Positions 62,831-64,000 of a stretch of 64,000 bases of DNA are shown piece by piece. Origin of the DNA: Antedon mediterranea. Its lineage: Eukaryota > Animalia > Echinodermata. Each line of letters opens with the position of its first letter. Within the stretch, counting starts at the first letter, position 1. The stretch covers positions 26,666,437 to 26,730,436 of the forward strand of contig NC_092672.1 in the NCBI RefSeq assembly GCF_964355755.1, written 5' to 3'. The notes under the pieces are model-generated. The model searched no databases, had not been told where the DNA came from, and saw only the letters and a program-made list of their open reading frames with translations. Both the position numbers and the translations under genes were made by a program.

Positions 62831-63197
62831 CGTTTTGCTTTGCCAAAATACACAAATCATGCCAAAAAACACAAATCTGCTTTGCAAAAATACGCAAATC
62901 ATACCCAAATACGCAAATAGAGGGTGCTATGCTTTGCCAAAATACACAAATCATCCCAAAATACGCAAAAAATTTCGGCAAAGCAGATTTGCGTATTTTG
63001 GTATGATTTGTGTATTTTGGCAAAGCATAGCGCCCTCAATTTGCGTATTTTGGCATGATTTAGGTATTTTGGCAAAGCATGGCGCCTACAATTTGCGTAT
63101 TTTGGCATGATTTGCGTATTTTGGTAAAGCATAGCGCCCTCAATTTGCGTATTTTGGCAAAATTCTTGCGTATTTTGGCAGGGTATTCACCAACCCT
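62830..63197. mobile_element. One end of a DNA transposon with subterminal TTTGCCAAAATACGCAAAT repeats in both orientations
   Basis: Terminus ...GGGTATTCACCAACCC (reverse complement GGGTTGGTGAAT) is shared with the 1.8-kb element. The repeats switch orientation near 62975. Confidence 0.65.
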
Positions 63198-63199
63198 AA

Positions 63200-63296
63200 T
63201 GTTATTATGGGAGTATGTTCCCGTACATGTTTGATCCAAGATGACCGGCGGGTAATAATTTATGCAGCGCATTGAGAGCTTGCTTATTGCGCTATA
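63200..63296 (+). mobile_element. 3' half of a CORE-SINE
   Basis: ATCCAAGATGAC.GGCGG...TATGCAGCGCATT.AGAGCTTGCTTATTGCGCTATA matches 49107-49162. Confidence 0.75.
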
Positions 63297-64000
63297 TATT
63301 ATATATGAACTATTATTAATATTTTGTTTATGCTGATTTTGGTTTGGTTTTGGTTTGGATACATTTTTTCAAAAATAATTTACTTATTATTTAGTTGAAT
63401 TTAACCATTTATTATTTCATTCTATAAGTGAAAACATTATTGTTTCGGGTTTATTTTCTGCGGAAGTAATTGACTTGGTAAAAACTACAAAATGGCATAT
63501 TCAAAGTCCGATTTATTAATATTCATTTTTCAAGTTTTTTATAATCTTTATACTGAATAGTTTTCACGCTTCTGCTTTAGCCAGGTACGTCCCAAGAGGA
63601 CTACTCATTCAGAAGCTAAAGCAGGCAGCAGTTATAGTTCTAGAGGCCGACGTTGTTGGTACTTTGTAAACTAGTGACGGGTCATGCTAAAATTACAAAC
63701 CCCCAAAGCACGTCTGGGAGAAGAGAGTCTGTCAACATAGGCCAGTATTATAATAATTCACTGTCAAATAATAATTAAAACATTATTTCTGGTATTTACA
63801 ATAAGTCCCATTGACTGTCAATCTAGACCAGATCAAAACAGTCCATACAGTAATAGTAAAGTGTTTGATTGTAATAGAATACAATTTGTTGACACTTGAA
63901 GCATCTAGACTTGATGAAGTTACCCCCAGACTTGACCTTAAAGCAATAAAATAAACTAAAGTGACAGAAATTGAGTCTGTTTAGATGAATAAAGTATATT

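Noticed and set aside
62796-63272. Cluster of short overlapping ORFs
   Set aside because: They derive from subterminal repeats of a DNA transposon end. Only the L1 RT motif portion is real coding remnant.

Overview
AT-rich, repeat-dense animal genomic DNA. GT-AG introns, SINEs, LINEs, Penelope elements and MITEs suggest a marine invertebrate (inference). The main genes are two tandem paralogues, each with a single coding exon (12633-16517 and 42266-46084). Each encodes a stonustoxin/neoverrucotoxin-like MACPF pore-forming module fused to two FN3 domains, an AIG1/septin-like P-loop GTPase, a Cys/His-rich motif and a coiled-coil tail. Neither has a signal peptide, so they are candidate cytosolic GTPase-coupled pore-forming immune effectors. 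The second copy has an N-myristoylation motif and a deletion in a predicted membrane-inserting hairpin. Between them is an intact single-ORF CR1/L2-group LINE with a signal-peptide-like leader, a 2A 'StopGo' motif (GDVELNPGP), then APE and RT; its empty site survives in a paralogous segment at about 54.4 kb. A damaged PAN + fibrinogen-domain gene lies on the minus strand (56.1-59.8 kb). The rest is layered transposon debris: a MULE-like foldback element with a decayed Ulp1-type protease + PHD cargo, Academ-, CACTA-, Ginger-, mariner- and Helentron-type non-autonomous elements, a deleted Gypsy (Mag-type) LTR element, Rex1/Babar and L1/Tx1 fragments, CORE-SINEs, and Penelope remnants with minimal hammerhead ribozymes. 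All family assignments come from motif recognition by eye; no database search was run.
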